Positions 1-14,800 of a DNA stretch of 64,000 nt are shown here, in pieces. Source of the DNA: Tubiluchus corallicola (Eukaryota > Animalia > Priapulida); the NCBI GenBank assembly GCA_030141605.1, contig JAQGDQ010000871.1, positions 1 to 64,000 of the forward strand. The letters run 5' to 3'. Under the pieces are notes generated by a model that saw only the letters and a program-made list of their open reading frames with translations, was not told the origin of the DNA and made no database searches. Every line of letters begins with the position of its first letter. The stretch's first letter is position 1. The position numbers were made by a program, and so were the translations under genes.

Positions 1-199
1 AACGTTTGTTTGGCGGCAGATCAGAAAAATTTAAATTTCTTTTACATTTTTAAGCAGAGCATTCTATACACATATTTTGTATTGTGATTTCAATATTTTT
101 AATTGTACAGTAAAATGCAATAAATGTTGTTGATGGTTGCTTCTTCCTTTAAATATGTGCTTGTGCCTCTAATGCGAAACAAACAATAGTGTTAAATCA

Positions 200-2145
200 G
201 TGCGCAACAATGACAACAGTAGAAACAAATTTTAGCAGAGGACAGTAGATTACAGTGCAGCTACCACTGTCATGATTTGAAGCCTTATTTTTGAAAAGGC
301 AAAGTAGTATGCAGCTGCTGTGTAAATAACATGTTTTATGGCATTCAACACCATTGACTTCATAAACTTTTTTTTGTTTTGGTTTTTCTTACAAAAGTCT
401 TTGTGCTGTTCAGGGAAAAAGCCTTTCAACATATATGAAGCATTTGATGCCGTTTTAAGGACACAAGTAGATTGTTTACTTAAACAAGGAGCACCGGAAC
501 AGCTAAAGGTCTGGCAGTTTACTGATTTCACTAATCATTTGTTTGTGTAATAAAAATTAATCTGGCAAGTGATCTCTTTATAAGATTCCATTAAAAGACA
601 TACAGCATTGTCTGTGTTGTTCTCTTGCTAGGTTTGCAACCTTGTTTTGGTGTTTTCTCGTAATTTGCAGTGTCTGCCTTTTGACCGAGTTCCACTCGAA
701 TTGTCCAAACTCTTGCAACAGTTCGAAACTCTGCAAAATATAAATACATCGCAAAAAGTTGTATTCGATATGGCTTCAAGTAAATAAAATAACAACGTTT
801 CGTAAATCCAGATATATAGTTTTTCTGATTTGTTAATAAGAAATCGCTAATTTCTGTGGCGGCCTCTGTGAATATGAATAAAAATCTCATTAAGAATAAA
901 TCTGTGTTATAGTAGGGCCTCAGTACTTTATTGTTGTGACAGCTATTGAGGGATAAGTTTAAAAAATTATTTGAATTCAACTTTGCGTAAATTTTTGTCG
1001 ATCAGATACACTGCTACTTTAGGAATTAAAGTGCTTTCTTAAAATTAATTAATTGTGACACGTTAGGGTTTTTAAGGATTGCATTTTTGTTTGTGCTTGT
1101 AACATTATAACTATAAAAGTTTTTTTTCATTCACAGGATGTAATTCTTGAACTTTGGACGTCATTTCTTCAAAAGCAGGATGTTTCTCCAGTTGATTTTG
1201 GACAGCAGTCTAAACCGCTAAGTTCGCAACCTCGATTCAGGTATCTGTTTCATGAGAGTTCAATCTGATTATGAATAGCAAAAACTTAATACGAGAAAGT
1301 ATTTGAATTGTATATACTTTAAATAAGTCACAAGAAAGGAGTTATATTTAAACTTGTATTTTTACCTATACTGAATTCTGAATGTGACGTGTCAGTTTCA
1401 ATGAGATGAAGGAGAAAATTGCAATTTTTTTTGGATTGTTATCGCTTCTCGTCTTCAAAATGTTCTGAATAATTCAGCAATTCTATTAGTGGACAATTCT
1501 ATCATGAACTGTGTATTATTCATGCCATTTTTCCACTTTCTGCCTTTAAGTAATTTGTCACTAGAACAGTAAATGTAAATTTCCAACTTATAAAAGTGTA
1601 AACATATAGATTTGCCTTTGCTGTAGAGTCTGATAGGTATCTAGATGGAGTTTCCTGATTGAAATGAAAAATTAAAAATGTTATTATTTAAAGGGGAAGA
1701 AAAGGCAATGTTAAACTATGCCCCCAAAAAGTTTCCATGCCGAGTTATATTACTTAGTATTACACTTACGTTCTTGAAAGACTTTGTAGCGAGAAAAGGA
1801 AATTCTTAATAATTTAACCTGTTGTATCCCGTGGGATACGATAATATTTTCTGCCTTTAAAATTAATAAAATTTTAAAACTGACAGTTATTTGATCTGTT
1901 AATAGTTATTTTGATTTAAGCCAATAACAATAGACTAAAAATGGTGATTAAATGGCAAACTAAAAAATCTACGTAGCTCTCTACTTTAGAGACACTTTGT
2001 AGAGATCAACCTAGCATGCATACTAAATGTCTTAAATACTTTAAAAAATTATCAGCAGTTGCAGACTGAAGCAAATTTTATGCTTCCATTGAATCTCAAT
2101 GTATCCCGTGGGATACAGGCTATATTTAGCACGCGGGCACAGGTA
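200..2145 (-). mobile_element. Decayed piggyBac-like DNA transposon in a COPB2 intron
   Basis: Fragments on the minus strand fall in piggyBac order: VTSTNKNA, VEFK*FFKL, LMRFLFI, GFTKRCYFIYLKPYRIQLFAM (cf. FRGRC.F..Y...KP.KYGIK.F), NGVE (cf. GGVD). Two copies of palindrome GTATCCC-GT-GGGATAC at about 1824 and 2101. Heavily frameshifted; boundaries approximate. Confidence 0.45.
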
Positions 2146-2831
2146 GAAAAAAAATTATTATCTATATACAGAAAACATCTTTAATTTAAATCTTTAATCT
2201 TGTACGTGTACATTGCCAAATTTTTTATCTGTAAACAATTTCATTATGTTAGCATTTTACGTGTGTGACGTGGTAGCTATTGTACAATTATAGTACTTAT
2301 TATTGTACGTGTGTTGATATTACGGGTTTTTACCTGGAATAAAGTGCATCTTATCTTATCCTTTTTTATCATTTCAAAATAAAATCTTAAAGACAACAAA
2401 TGGCATGTCAGTTTAGCTGATATTTAAAAGGATGAAAGCCATAATTTTATACAAAAAAAGTATTTTGTATAAAAGTCCTTTTCAAGGAAGGTTTATTTTT
2501 AAACACAATATACAAACTAAAAGTTATACTAAACACACATTATAACTCCTCATGTTACTATCATCACTACATCCACATGTGCTAAGGCACTACTAATACT
2601 AAGGAACTGCACAGTAAATGCTTCAAGAGATTTTTGTATAATAAACTGCAGCATATCACAGAACAATGCCCACTTGGACTGTTCTTGAAAATCAGTTAGT
2701 TAACTGATGTAGCCTATGTGGTAAAGAACACAACAAATGTATGTATAATTGTGAGTATACCAACAAATGGAAACATAGTTCGGAAATGGGATAAGCAGAT
2801 AGACAGACAAACGGGTTGCATACAAGCTTAC

Positions 2832-5800
2832 CTATCTAAATGTGCAATAGTGACAATTTCTCCACCAACGTAGTAATTAAGTCGATTGACACTGTTGGTA
2901 TAGATAAAACAGTCACCGACCCAACAGGCTGTCTTCACTTGTTCTTGAATTTCACTAATTACCTGCAAAAACATAATAGAATGCACAGGTAAAAAAATTA
3001 AACAAAAAATGAAACCTTCTCTGACTTGTTTCATATAATAAAAAATACACAAAACATTGCCAATACGCATTTTCATGTGCATCAATACCATGTATGTTTA
3101 CTTACAAACCAAAATCGTCCATAAGTCATCATAGTTAAAACTAAGTTATGATGCTTCAAAGTCGCATGCAACAAAAATGTGGTCAAATACCATTTTTTTG
3201 TTTTTTATAAAAACAAATGCTAGATATATTGGAAATATTTAAAAATATTTAAAAAATACTAAAAATCTAATTTTATAACCCCACCCACTTTTCTGGCTAA
3301 AAACTAGTACTACTGTTGTGAAAAACTTGTATTTTCAAACTCGTGTGGTAGCTCATGGAAGCAGTCATTTTGCTTCAGGTTTTTTGTTGCCAAGCGCAGA
3401 CCTTCCTCTGGAAAACCGATCTACTAGATTTAAACATAACTTCAACATGTTCTTGCAAAGTCCGTAGGAACCAACATACACGTGGTTGCTAAGTGTTTTG
3501 TAGAAACGCAACAAAAAAACAATGGTAAACTTTAACAGCGATTTTCTCAAGGTTATGTTTTTCGGTGTGTAGCCTGCACCTCAGCTTCAACATGGATTAT
3601 CTCAGCTTAGAAATAACATAGAGCGATGAGTTTGGTATTAAAATGATAATCATGAAATGGACTTTTTAGAGTTTTAGGATATGTGAATAACTAGAAATGC
3701 TTAATTGCCGACTTTAGGACGATTTTGATATGCAATTTTATTATGACACACATAATAAAATTCTGGTGCTCAAAAAGTGTCAGAAGAGCCTAGCAACCTA
3801 CTCAGTGCATTATAATCTAGATAGTTAAGGCTGGTTTATTTGAAAATGTCCAGCACAAACTAAAAAACAACACAAAAGATGCAGGAGGGAATAAAGCAGT
3901 GACTATCTAACACTATAAGCCTCGTAAAAATGCCCGATGAACAAAATAACGCTAAAGAACCACACTTGCAAATCCCGAACTTACAGTTTTACAATCCTTG
4001 TGTTTGTTTTGTTCCATATTTTTGTTTTCCAGTTACAGCATTAAAGTGTGCATGTTTTGGGCTGATTTTGAGCATAGGTTGGCATTAAGAACTTCAGGCA
4101 AATTTGTTGTAAACATGATACCAGTGTTTTCGTCAGAGAAATCAGTGATTTCTTGCTTACAGCAGTTAGTGGCTATTTATTGAGCCTACTTATTTATTTA
4201 TTTACAATACAAAAATTTTTTATACGCTTAATCTTCAAAATACTGCAACTCCTTTGTGAAATTCAAAGCTCACATTTTCTTAGATAAAATTGTAAAGATT
4301 GGGTCTGATTTTTTTGAAAAGGTAAAGAAACTAGATTCTCAAGGACAACTGAAAACTGAAAATGCTCAGTTTACTGCTGCTTTCTCTTATTTTTTAAACA
4401 TTTGAGGAAATCGGGCAAACTTGGTACTTCAGGAAGAGCTTTTGCCAAGCAAGAATTAGTTTCTTGAATCCCTAGCAGAGCTTTGTGCTAAAGAGGCATT
4501 TATATAATGGCCAGCCAAGACTTAGTTCCAAGGCAGACTCAAACAAATTACTTATTAATTAATAAAATAATAACGAGTCAGCAAACTTACAAATTCCACT
4601 TACATCAAAAGCATCTTCTACACCATCTTCAGTTATTAAACTCTTATCTTCAAGTGCGTTAGCTACGGCCTCTGCATTGTACTTTAAAATGTAAAATGAA
4701 TCGTCGGTTGTTATGCTTAACAGCTCACCGTTTTCAGACCAAAAAACCTGCAACAAAAATAACACATTAATCAATTTGAATTCATTGAACAGAACGTGAA
4801 TGATACAGTTGATAAGGTTTATGCTTTTTGATTAATTACCAAATTGATGGAAACAAATATCTCTGAATGTTTTATCAAAATACTGACCAGCTGGTACAGT
4901 TGACTTAGTTGTTGTATAAAATAGAATAGTATATGTACAGATTATTTTCCAGTACATGTGGAGTCTGACAAGGTGGAAAATTATCACCTTTCTTGAACTT
5001 ATATGCAGAAGGGTGAATCATTACAAGCTTCGAAACTAGGTTGTCACGTATAATATAATTACGCAGGAAGTGTTTGTTATGCAGACATTATTTTATCAAT
5101 GGCTTCTAGTGTTAATATTCTGTAAAAAAATGTTATAAGATTCTAAGTTGTATGCTGAGGCATGGGGTATTACTTTTGAACATAACAAGTCATTACTATT
5201 ACAGTTTGATGACAAAAACAGCTATCAGAGTACATATAAATTTGGGTGGCTGTAATTAATCTGGACAGATAAAGTTACATATTTAGGATATGATATTGTA
5301 TCAGGAAAAGAATTCTCACGTGATTTAACCAGACTCAAAATTTTATGTACACCAGGTAAAGGAAAGTCGGAAATGACAACGTCTTTCTTAAATGAAAACT
5401 CACTGCCTACCAACTATAAATTATGCTTCAGAAGTGTGGCCAGTGAAAAGTAGAGAAACTGTCAAAGTTGCATGGAACACTGTTTACAAGAGAAAAATTG
5501 ATCATAAAAGAAATGGCAATGTCAGATTGCTTCAGTACTTCTCTAACAGAACGATACTGAACTATTTAATTGATTTAGAGAACTTACATTTTATACAAGT
5601 CTTACATCTCACCCAGATAACTATATTGTCCTTTATGAAATCAATAAGCAGGCATAAAATACAAGACACTGCTAAATTTATTTGGTATTAATGTAGAACA
5701 AATCTAGTACAAATCTATTAATCTAGTACAAAATGAATTTTATAACGATCGAAATACCAGAAACTTGCTATTAAATACAAAGCCTGTAAACTATAATTTA

Positions 5801-8800
5801 TTTTATCATGTAGCGTGAATTTGATTATATTGTAATTTTACTGTATTTTATTGTATTGTATTATGTGCAGTACCTTTGATACTCAATAAAGAGAATTAAA
5901 CAAAATAAAATAAAATTAGCATTGTCTTGTAACATAAGATGAAAATGGAGAGAGTCGGATCCAGATTAAGTGGCATTTGCATGGCATCGGAATGCGGAAT
6001 AGATGAAATCGGTTTAATTGTTTTCAATGCACCTATTTATGAAGCCTGCATATGCTTTATTCTTTATCTGCAGCTGTTCCTATAGATTTTTTTCCGCAGG
6101 TGGAAAACGCATTAGCATATGCACCTGTATGCTACATAAATGTCACTTAAAATAAATAGTAAATAAAAATGTTAAGTAAATAGTTTAGTTCATGGATTGG
6201 ATTGGAATGGATTAATGTTATTCCAGCTGGTATGACTCGAAATACAAGCATGCAAGTCTGCATCCCAATAATTTAATGTAAGATCTAATTCATATGAGAA
6301 AGTGAAGCCCATTCACTATGAATATTTATCAAACTAAGATACACTAAACGCATTATTACTTCAGGGCAAATGTTCCTTATTTTGCATAACTGTTCAGAGC
6401 ACTCGGCATGGAAACTTGAATTACATTGTACACTCATCTTGATTTGCCGGACCACGTTTTTACGGATATCGGAATATTCGGACAAAATCTGGTCCGTTGG
6501 TTAAAAGTCCGTTATTTCGCAAGCTGACCGCTAGTTGGTACGGCGTCATTTTGTTTACACCACGTATATCAGTGTAACCACTTGTATGTCTCTATGTATA
6601 AAAATATAGAATCAATTATACAGAGTTATTTGAGTCAATAGCTAACAGTTTTATATCCTTTTGCATAGCAGTGGCCGATACTAATGATTTTTTAGACAAT
6701 TAGATGATTGATTTTACATTACCATGAGTCTAATACACGGTACAAACTGTATTAGTATAGTATCGGAAAATATGGACAATCGTCAAATTCGGACCGACGT
6801 CTCCACGCTTTTGTCCAGCAAACCGAGATATGAGTGTACTTGGAAAAGCGATTAGAATGTTTCAGTCGCAAAAAGCAACTTCCTCCGTTAGTGCACTTAC
6901 ATGTTTGGGTTGTATTTCTATGCGTCGTATCAAATCTAGACTCTCCCATTCATGGAAAGCAAGTCCACTCAGAGACTTTATCCCAAGCATGAAGCCACCA
7001 AATATTGCTGCAAAACAGTGGCAGAAACTTTGCAAATTATTACTACAAAACAAGAATTTTTAACTGGAAGTTAAATGAGAGCTACAGACAGGTGCAAGGC
7101 AAAAAAATCAAGAAGAGCAATTAAATCCACTAAAAATTTGTGTAAACCAAAATGCCTGCAACTTCAAAAATTATATGTTATCTTTATAATTCATCAGTGG
7201 ACATCAAAACACAGCTTGGTCACAAAAAATAAAAAGTTGCGGAAGTTGTTATCACCCATCTCAATAGTTTGTTGGAATGCATATCTACACAAAGATACTT
7301 ACACAAAGCATCTGTTGGCAATATGCTGGCAAATTTCGACAATAAACTCAAAACAATTTTGGCTCAACTATGTTTATTTTGAAACTCACAAACAAAAATG
7401 ATCTTATAACAATTTGCCATCCATTGACAAAATTGTACTTCACAAAAAACTGGATTTATAAAATAATTTAAAGTGACTATCCCATAGGCCCTAGGTCAAA
7501 GTTTTGGTGCAAGTTTTTACACCGCCCTACAAGACTTCCACTGTGGTTGAGAAGGAGGACAGCCAAATATGAGCAGAACACAAATGACTTGGTCAAAATT
7601 CTCCAATTTTCTTGTAAAAAGAAACAAGGTAAAATGAAGATACATCAAGAAAGACATTGTAGTAATGAGAATAAGGCAAGGAATAATATGAATGGTTTTC
7701 AATGTACAGACGAAAGGATACAAAACACACATACATAAGAATATCGTAAATTATTACTTAAAGCACAAGAAAACCCTTCACTTACACAAAACTTAACAAA
7801 TTTGTCTTGAAATTTTATACTACTTACATGTTTACCTATTGCATACAGGATTTGAGGCAGCAATATATATATATATATATAGCAACGCTGTATAAAAGTC
7901 GAAAATATAACTCCCATGATGACCGCTAGGTGCAATCATTTTCACCAGAAATCACTTGAAATAAGGTTAAATAACCTAGCATAAAGTTGGAAAACCAGCA
8001 TTCGTAATGCAACTTCACTAGCAAAATTTTGAATTACTGTAACTTGTTAATGACCCCTCACATTTTACCAATTGGAGTGAACATTCTAAATTATTAACAA
8101 TTTTCTTTTCTAGTTACATAAATCTTTCAAGCAAGTAAGCAAAATGCTAAATGATATAACTTTGTATGGAAAATGTTTGGGGACATAATTCAACATTGCC
8201 TTTTCTTCCCCTGATTTACGTTGTGCGTAGGTGACGTCATGTAATGGCATGGTCGGAACAGTATTGCTTGAGATTTAAAATGAAAACAAGTAAAAATTCC
8301 TTTAACGTGAGTTGGATATATGCTTAAAATTGCTATAAACTAATATAATTCTTTACGGCACTTTTTGTGAAATCTTCTTCAGGAATCCCTTCTCTTGTCC
8401 TTTAAGAAGAACTCACAAGCAATGAAAATATTTAAAGTAACTGATTATTCAACTAGTTGCAAGACTTACATTCAGCACCAAACTCAGGCTTGAATGATTT
8501 TCGCTCTTTAAAATTTTTAAAGATTTTGATGACTGTCGAACTCTCTCTTACGGCGTACTCGGACGGATCGTGTGCCCAGACAAATTCCTGCGCAGAACCA
8601 AAACTTTTGTTCCGTAATGCCATCGCTGTGTAAATTATATACTCCCCGTCTCCACACACGACCACAAACCTAGAAAATAATCACCTCTCTAGAGAATTTG
8701 TGCTAGCAAAAGTTGTACGGTTAAATGAGATAGACTGTGAGTATAAAAGAACTATTAAAACACAATGTAAAAAAATCACTTTTGAAAGGAGGAAAATTCA

Positions 8801-11800
8801 TGCAGGCAAGAAACTAATTAATGAGAGTTTCTATATTAAGGCAAATGTGTGTCGTCAGCAGTTACCATACCTTACCGGATTTCTGGGCTTAACTGGATCT
8901 TCAAGATGCATCCCAACAGCCAAAATGTTAGCTGGCTGTTCGGCTGTATCTATTGACATTGCTTCAACTGACGCTTGCTATGTTCATTAGTTGTAAGTGC
9001 ATCATTGTCAACTTTGGAGGAGTATACTGTTGCTGTTAGGATTGTGGCAATATTAAATTTATATAAGACAATGCTAACATAGGTGGCATTGGCTGACATC
9101 ATCCTTTGCTATTTCTAGGTATTTAACACAGCTAAACACTTCAATGTAGTCATTGTCAACAAATGTGAGAATGGATGAATGTCTGAGAGCAAAACAAGAG
9201 TACAATATATCATATATGTTTTCTCTGAAATAAATTTTTGACACTTGTCAGTGAATATGGAAAAAAGCATAGGACCTAAAAAAACCCGTGGCACTCCACA
9301 TTTCTGAATTACCTAGCGTCTCTAATATGAACAAAAAGTTATGATTCAAACATCCTTTAAGGACTAATAACCAGCAAGAATAGTCACTTATTAAAATGAT
9401 TACCTTCCATTGGGACTATGTGCAATGGTTTGTGGGTATACTTCACAACTACCCATATCTTTTACTGCCAGTGGTAATCGCTCGCTGTCCTTAATCTCTG
9501 TATCAACCATAGCCTTCAAATTTGCTTGCTGGATTTCACAATGTTTAGCCCACATGATTTTACCATTAGCGTCCATTGACATCGCAGGTTCCTCACGGCC
9601 AAGCTAAAACAAAAATGCACTGACTCGACTTCCGGTCTTCCAACCTGACGTTTGCTATTAATGTTTTGAATTTGATTTTCACTATAAAACAGGCTTCTCC
9701 ATAATAATGATAATAAATGATGCACGAGTTAATGAAACTGTAAGTGCAACGACACTTTAAAAGGAGCAAATCCAGCACCTGTATTTAACCTGCACAACCG
9801 GTCACACAACAAATAACACTAAAACACAACACTAAAACATTTGAAGTATTAGGTATCAGATCAGTTCAGCTGCAATACCTTTTTTTAGCAAATTGTTATG
9901 GTTTTCTTATGCATGATATTTATGTATTTACATATTTTGTGCATACATTGTATATATGACGCACAGTGCTACAAAATTATGCAAGACAGACTTACTATCT
10001 CAAAGTAAACAATGATAAACTACACTTATAAACCATTCTATCAGGTCAGATAAACCATGATTTTGCACAAAGTTCCCATTTTTATAGTTTTCTGAACTCA
10101 CAGAAAATTAAATATGCACACTGTACTATTTTTGTTATTTATTGGAAATTTATTTGAAAGGTTTTTAATGCAAAATTTGAATTCAATTGAATTTGAAGTC
10201 TTGAAAGTTGATTCAATTTGAAAGCCAATAATTTCGTCTGAATTTCTGGTACTGGCAAGCACCAATATATCAGATCAGAGTTTAGTAATCAGCAAACAGC
10301 AAAAAAAAAACATTAAGCAATTAGCCTTCGTTACTTTTGAAAAAGAAATATTTTTTAAAAATCCACGATAATCCACTGAAGTCTGGCAGAGCTAAACAAG
10401 CACAAGAGAGATTTTCGAAAGATTTTTGGTTCTGCAACCGACATATTTGGACTTTTCGATGCCGCGCATGAAAGCCACGCAAAGGATCTCGGTTTATTTT
10501 TCACATTTTTCACACACAGAAATTAGGCATCTCATTTAACTGTCTGAAAATATGTGAAAAAAAGCTTCATGCATATTTCCATTCTCGACCGAATACAACA
10601 AAACTCACCGCACAGTTTGTATGTAATTAAGTACACAACATCTAATTATTCAACAAGTATTAATAATACTACCAAACCTTAATAATTATGCTTCCCTCAT
10701 CATAACCAATGGCAACACTGTTAGATCCTTGCTGATACGCTATTGTCCACACTCGTTCTAGCCCATAGTTTAATGTACTCTCTAATCTGTATGTGTTTGC
10801 ATGCCATATTCGTACAGTCCCTATAAATATAACCATACTTTGAAAAAAACACATACAAATGCCCTCAAAACTGCGTGGCTTTCAAACAATAGACAGAAAT
10901 AATGTTAAACTGCAGTTCAAAGAAACATCTTCTTCATCTTCTATGGAAGGCAAATGATATTAAAACAACGAAGGCCAAGAACATTGTTGTCACTCTTTTG
11001 ATCAGGAGGGTGAAATTGAAAAAATGTACAACATGCTGTTAAAAAGTGAACACAGCTTTGCATAAAGGCTATTGTAATATACAGTAGAAACCTATCCACA
11101 TTTTTTTCACTAGTGAAAATTATTATTTCAGAGAAAAGCAAATAAGACAAAAAGAAAGGAAGTCAAAGAAAATCTTGTCACCAAAGAATAAACTGTAAAA
11201 GAACACAGAAAACAGCAGCCATTAAAATATACATTTGTCTATCCATTTAGCAGAAAACTGTTAATATTGCAAACATGACTTATTATTATATTGATAAAGT
11301 GTTGCCAAATTCATAAAACCATTAAGATGCTGCATTACCATCTTCGGAGCCTGTCATGATTATTGGTAACTCTGGATGGAATGCAACTGCCGAAATGTTT
11401 TGTGCGTGGCCCTCAAGAGTTTGAACACATGTCTTATTCTACATGAAAAAACACATATGTTTTCAATATACATCAAAATTGTACATTACCTTAAATGGAT
11501 TAGTAAAATGCCATTTGTATCATTTGTAAAGTGTAAAAAAAACACACTTTATAAATAAAACTTATTAAATTCGTCCTGAAATTTTATATCACTTACATGC
11601 TGCTTTATTGCATACAGAACTTGTGTTAACAGAAACGCTGTATAAAATTTATAAATTTAAACTCCTGTGATGATCATTAGGTGCAGTCATTTTAATGATA
11701 AGTTGCTTGAAACAAGTTTTAAATAACATTGCGTAAACATTGAAATAATAATCAGAGCATTCATAGCACACTCTTCTCTAACTAAGGAAATACATCTATT

Positions 11801-14800
11801 ACTTTATGCTGTTAACAAAATCAATGTGTTTTTTGATGAATTAGTGCGGCACACTGAGATTGCGAAACAGTGGCATTTTACCAGCTGGCGCAACATTTTA
11901 AATGACTAAGGAGCCTCTTTCATAGTTACACAAGTCTTTCAAACAGGGAAGCATAATGCCAAGTAATGTAAGTTTGTACGGAAAGTTTTAGGGATGTACT
12001 TTTTTGTATGTAATAAATGAATGTGGATTAAATATGATGACAGTTATCAGCCTCAATGTATGTTTGCAAAACCATTAAATGTCCTCTTGCATAGATTCGG
12101 TAAATTTCAAAGAAGGCAGTAAATGATGAAAATTATGACAATACAAGCACAGATTTGGAGAATTTACTGCCAGAATATTGAAAACTCTGTGTAAAGACTA
12201 AGGTTCGTTATTAATATGAAGCAAAATTTTAAGATTTCTTCAATGATTAGCCAAGTTATTACTGTTTGTTGATTACTGACGGTGCTAAATGAAAACTACG
12301 TAAGGTTTCAAGAGAAAATTACAGCAATTTTCAAGTCACACTAGTAGGGCTGTCGTTGGCATATCACTAATTAACATCCCTGGTTGTAGGACTAAATAAA
12401 AATTGGTTTCATTAGCTACAAATTTAAGAATGGCTTCTTAAATTCAAAACGACAGCTGACATTTGAACAATGAAAATTTGAGCACTTTTGAGCCACAGAC
12501 AAATTTTAAAATAACAAAGATTGGCAGATACATCACTGAACATTATATTGTGAAAATTAACACACAATCCAGAGTTCCGAACACGTGTTTCAAATTTTAC
12601 CACATCAATGATCAGCAAGACAAAGACTCGTCAATGGTTTAGCAAAACATTTTGTTTTTAATTCAAAAAATTTATTTGGAAGTAAAATGAGGTGCATTTT
12701 TCGTGTTGTCCTAAACTGTTAAAAAATGAGGCAAGGTTGCCTCTAATGCACAGAGCTCATAGCAAATGCAGAAATAAGTTTCTTATTTTGGTCTGAAATA
12801 ATGCGTTAAACTTCTATGAAGGCAAATTTAAAACTCTTTGCTGATGCAAAATGAAAATGGATATTAATATCATTGCAATGCATGTCTTTTATTCTCTTTT
12901 TGTATGTTACAAAAACTACCAAATTTGGTATTCGGTTAGAGTATCTGGTATAAAAATGCCAAATTTTGGTGTTAATACTGTTAGCCATATCTGTAAAGAA
13001 ATTCGTCACAAAAACTAAAAACTGCACACCTGGTAATCCCAAATTTTGACTAAACGGTCATCGGCTCCAGATATTAAATATAGTTTATCGCCTCCAGGAT
13101 AGTAGCTGGCACAGTTGACTCCCTTTTCATGACCTTCGAGAGTAAAATTTGGTGTGCTTGATCCCAGCTGCCAGACCTTTACACAGTAAAACATCCATTT
13201 ATTAAATAAATTGGACCAATTATCACCACTAAGACATTAGCTTAGTAAGTGCTTGAACCAAGTGATACCTCACGATTGTCACCTGGTTAAAAACGCTTCA
13301 CTGATTCGGACTTTTGTAAATGTTCTCTTCCACGATCGTTTTGCAGCACATTGCATTGGTAGAAATACACTGAACTGCACGTTTAGAGTTCAAGTCTATT
13401 TACTTTAAGATAGATCATTTTTGTGTTTTGACTGCTCCAACCATAACACTTTGATAAGAGATATGAATAATAAGGGATAACTATTTCCAATTAGCCAATC
13501 TTTGAAGCAGTTTAAAGCCTGCTTCACGGGGACAGAGTGCCTGAAAGACGGAGTGTTTTCAGAGTGACGAGCAAATCAATACGCAGGTCTGTGTGGCTCA
13601 AGGCACATGGTTTTGACCCTCAGAAAAAGGCTCATGACCCTTTTCGGTGTCACGACCCGCAGTTTGGGAACCACTGAGTTAGATAATCAGTAAATAGCAT
13701 TTTGAAAAATTAGCAAAAAGCAGAGATGATCACGTAACGAACAAGCCTTGTTTAAGTTTCTGTACCTATAGACATGCCTGTTTTTAAAATATCAAAATTG
13801 TCCTGCAAAATAATTAGTTTCCAGCGTTGTAATTATCGCATTTGGCATCCCGATTGAATTCCGCGATTGCACAAATAACAGCCTTCATTTTCTCACAATT
13901 TTATCATTGATTGTGATTGCACCTTAATTCTAAGCTATCATTTCTTTCCTACCTTCAAATTTTCAGAATTCTTATCCAGTTTCTCGTAATATTTTATTTA
14001 AATGTAATATAATGCCAAGCGCACATCAGTTATACGATGTCAGAATCACAATGAGAAGATATCTAAAGCTATTATAATAGTACAGGCCGAAACTACTGTA
14101 CCAATGACGAAAGTTACTCAATGTAAATGCAAATACAGCCATATGTAAATAAAAATTTTGAGTTGCTTTAATTTGTAAATTTATGTATATCAAGCATTCA
14201 TTTCTTTCACTGTGATCGCAGCCAGCTTTGAAAATTGATCGTGATCGCAATAAAAAAATTTTCTAGTCATCATGACCATGATCGCAATCAATTTTTTCAT
14301 GGTAGCTAACAACATTGATAGACTCAAAACTCACTTTTATTGTTCTGTCCAAAGAAGCACTGGCAAATGTGTTGTTATCTTTAGGGTTAAAAACTATCTG
14401 CATGACGTAATGAGTATGCCCTTCAAAAACACATGTACACGTCCACTTCTTCTCCCAGTCCCATAACTTTATCAACATGTCATCTAAGAAATAAAATCAT
14501 TGTTCAAGTTTTACAAACGAAAAAAATAATGATTTTTTGCACAGTAAACGCAAGCATCACCATACTACTGGTAGTCTAATACTGTGCAATATCACACTTT
14601 GGAAACTGATTCAAGTTTTACGAAAACGATATTCATTTTCATTAAGTTGAAGTTAGGTCATCATAGTCGTTGGGTCAAGGGTCGGTCTGCTATCGGGTCA
14701 CACTGGAGCACAAGAAAATCTTTTACTTACATAAAGGTAAGAAAATGCGTCTTGAAATTTTGTATCACCTACATACTGCCTTATTGTATACATAGTTTGT

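Noticed and set aside
1-2830. Next COPB2 exon (expected MYLLGY...)
   Set aside because: Not found in this interval; presumably outside the window.
8876-8977. Apparent 102-nt cassette exon (TAG...GTAAG) in a COPB2 intron
   Set aside because: It has a stop in the required phase, a weak polypyrimidine tract, and lies within or beside a LINE relic.
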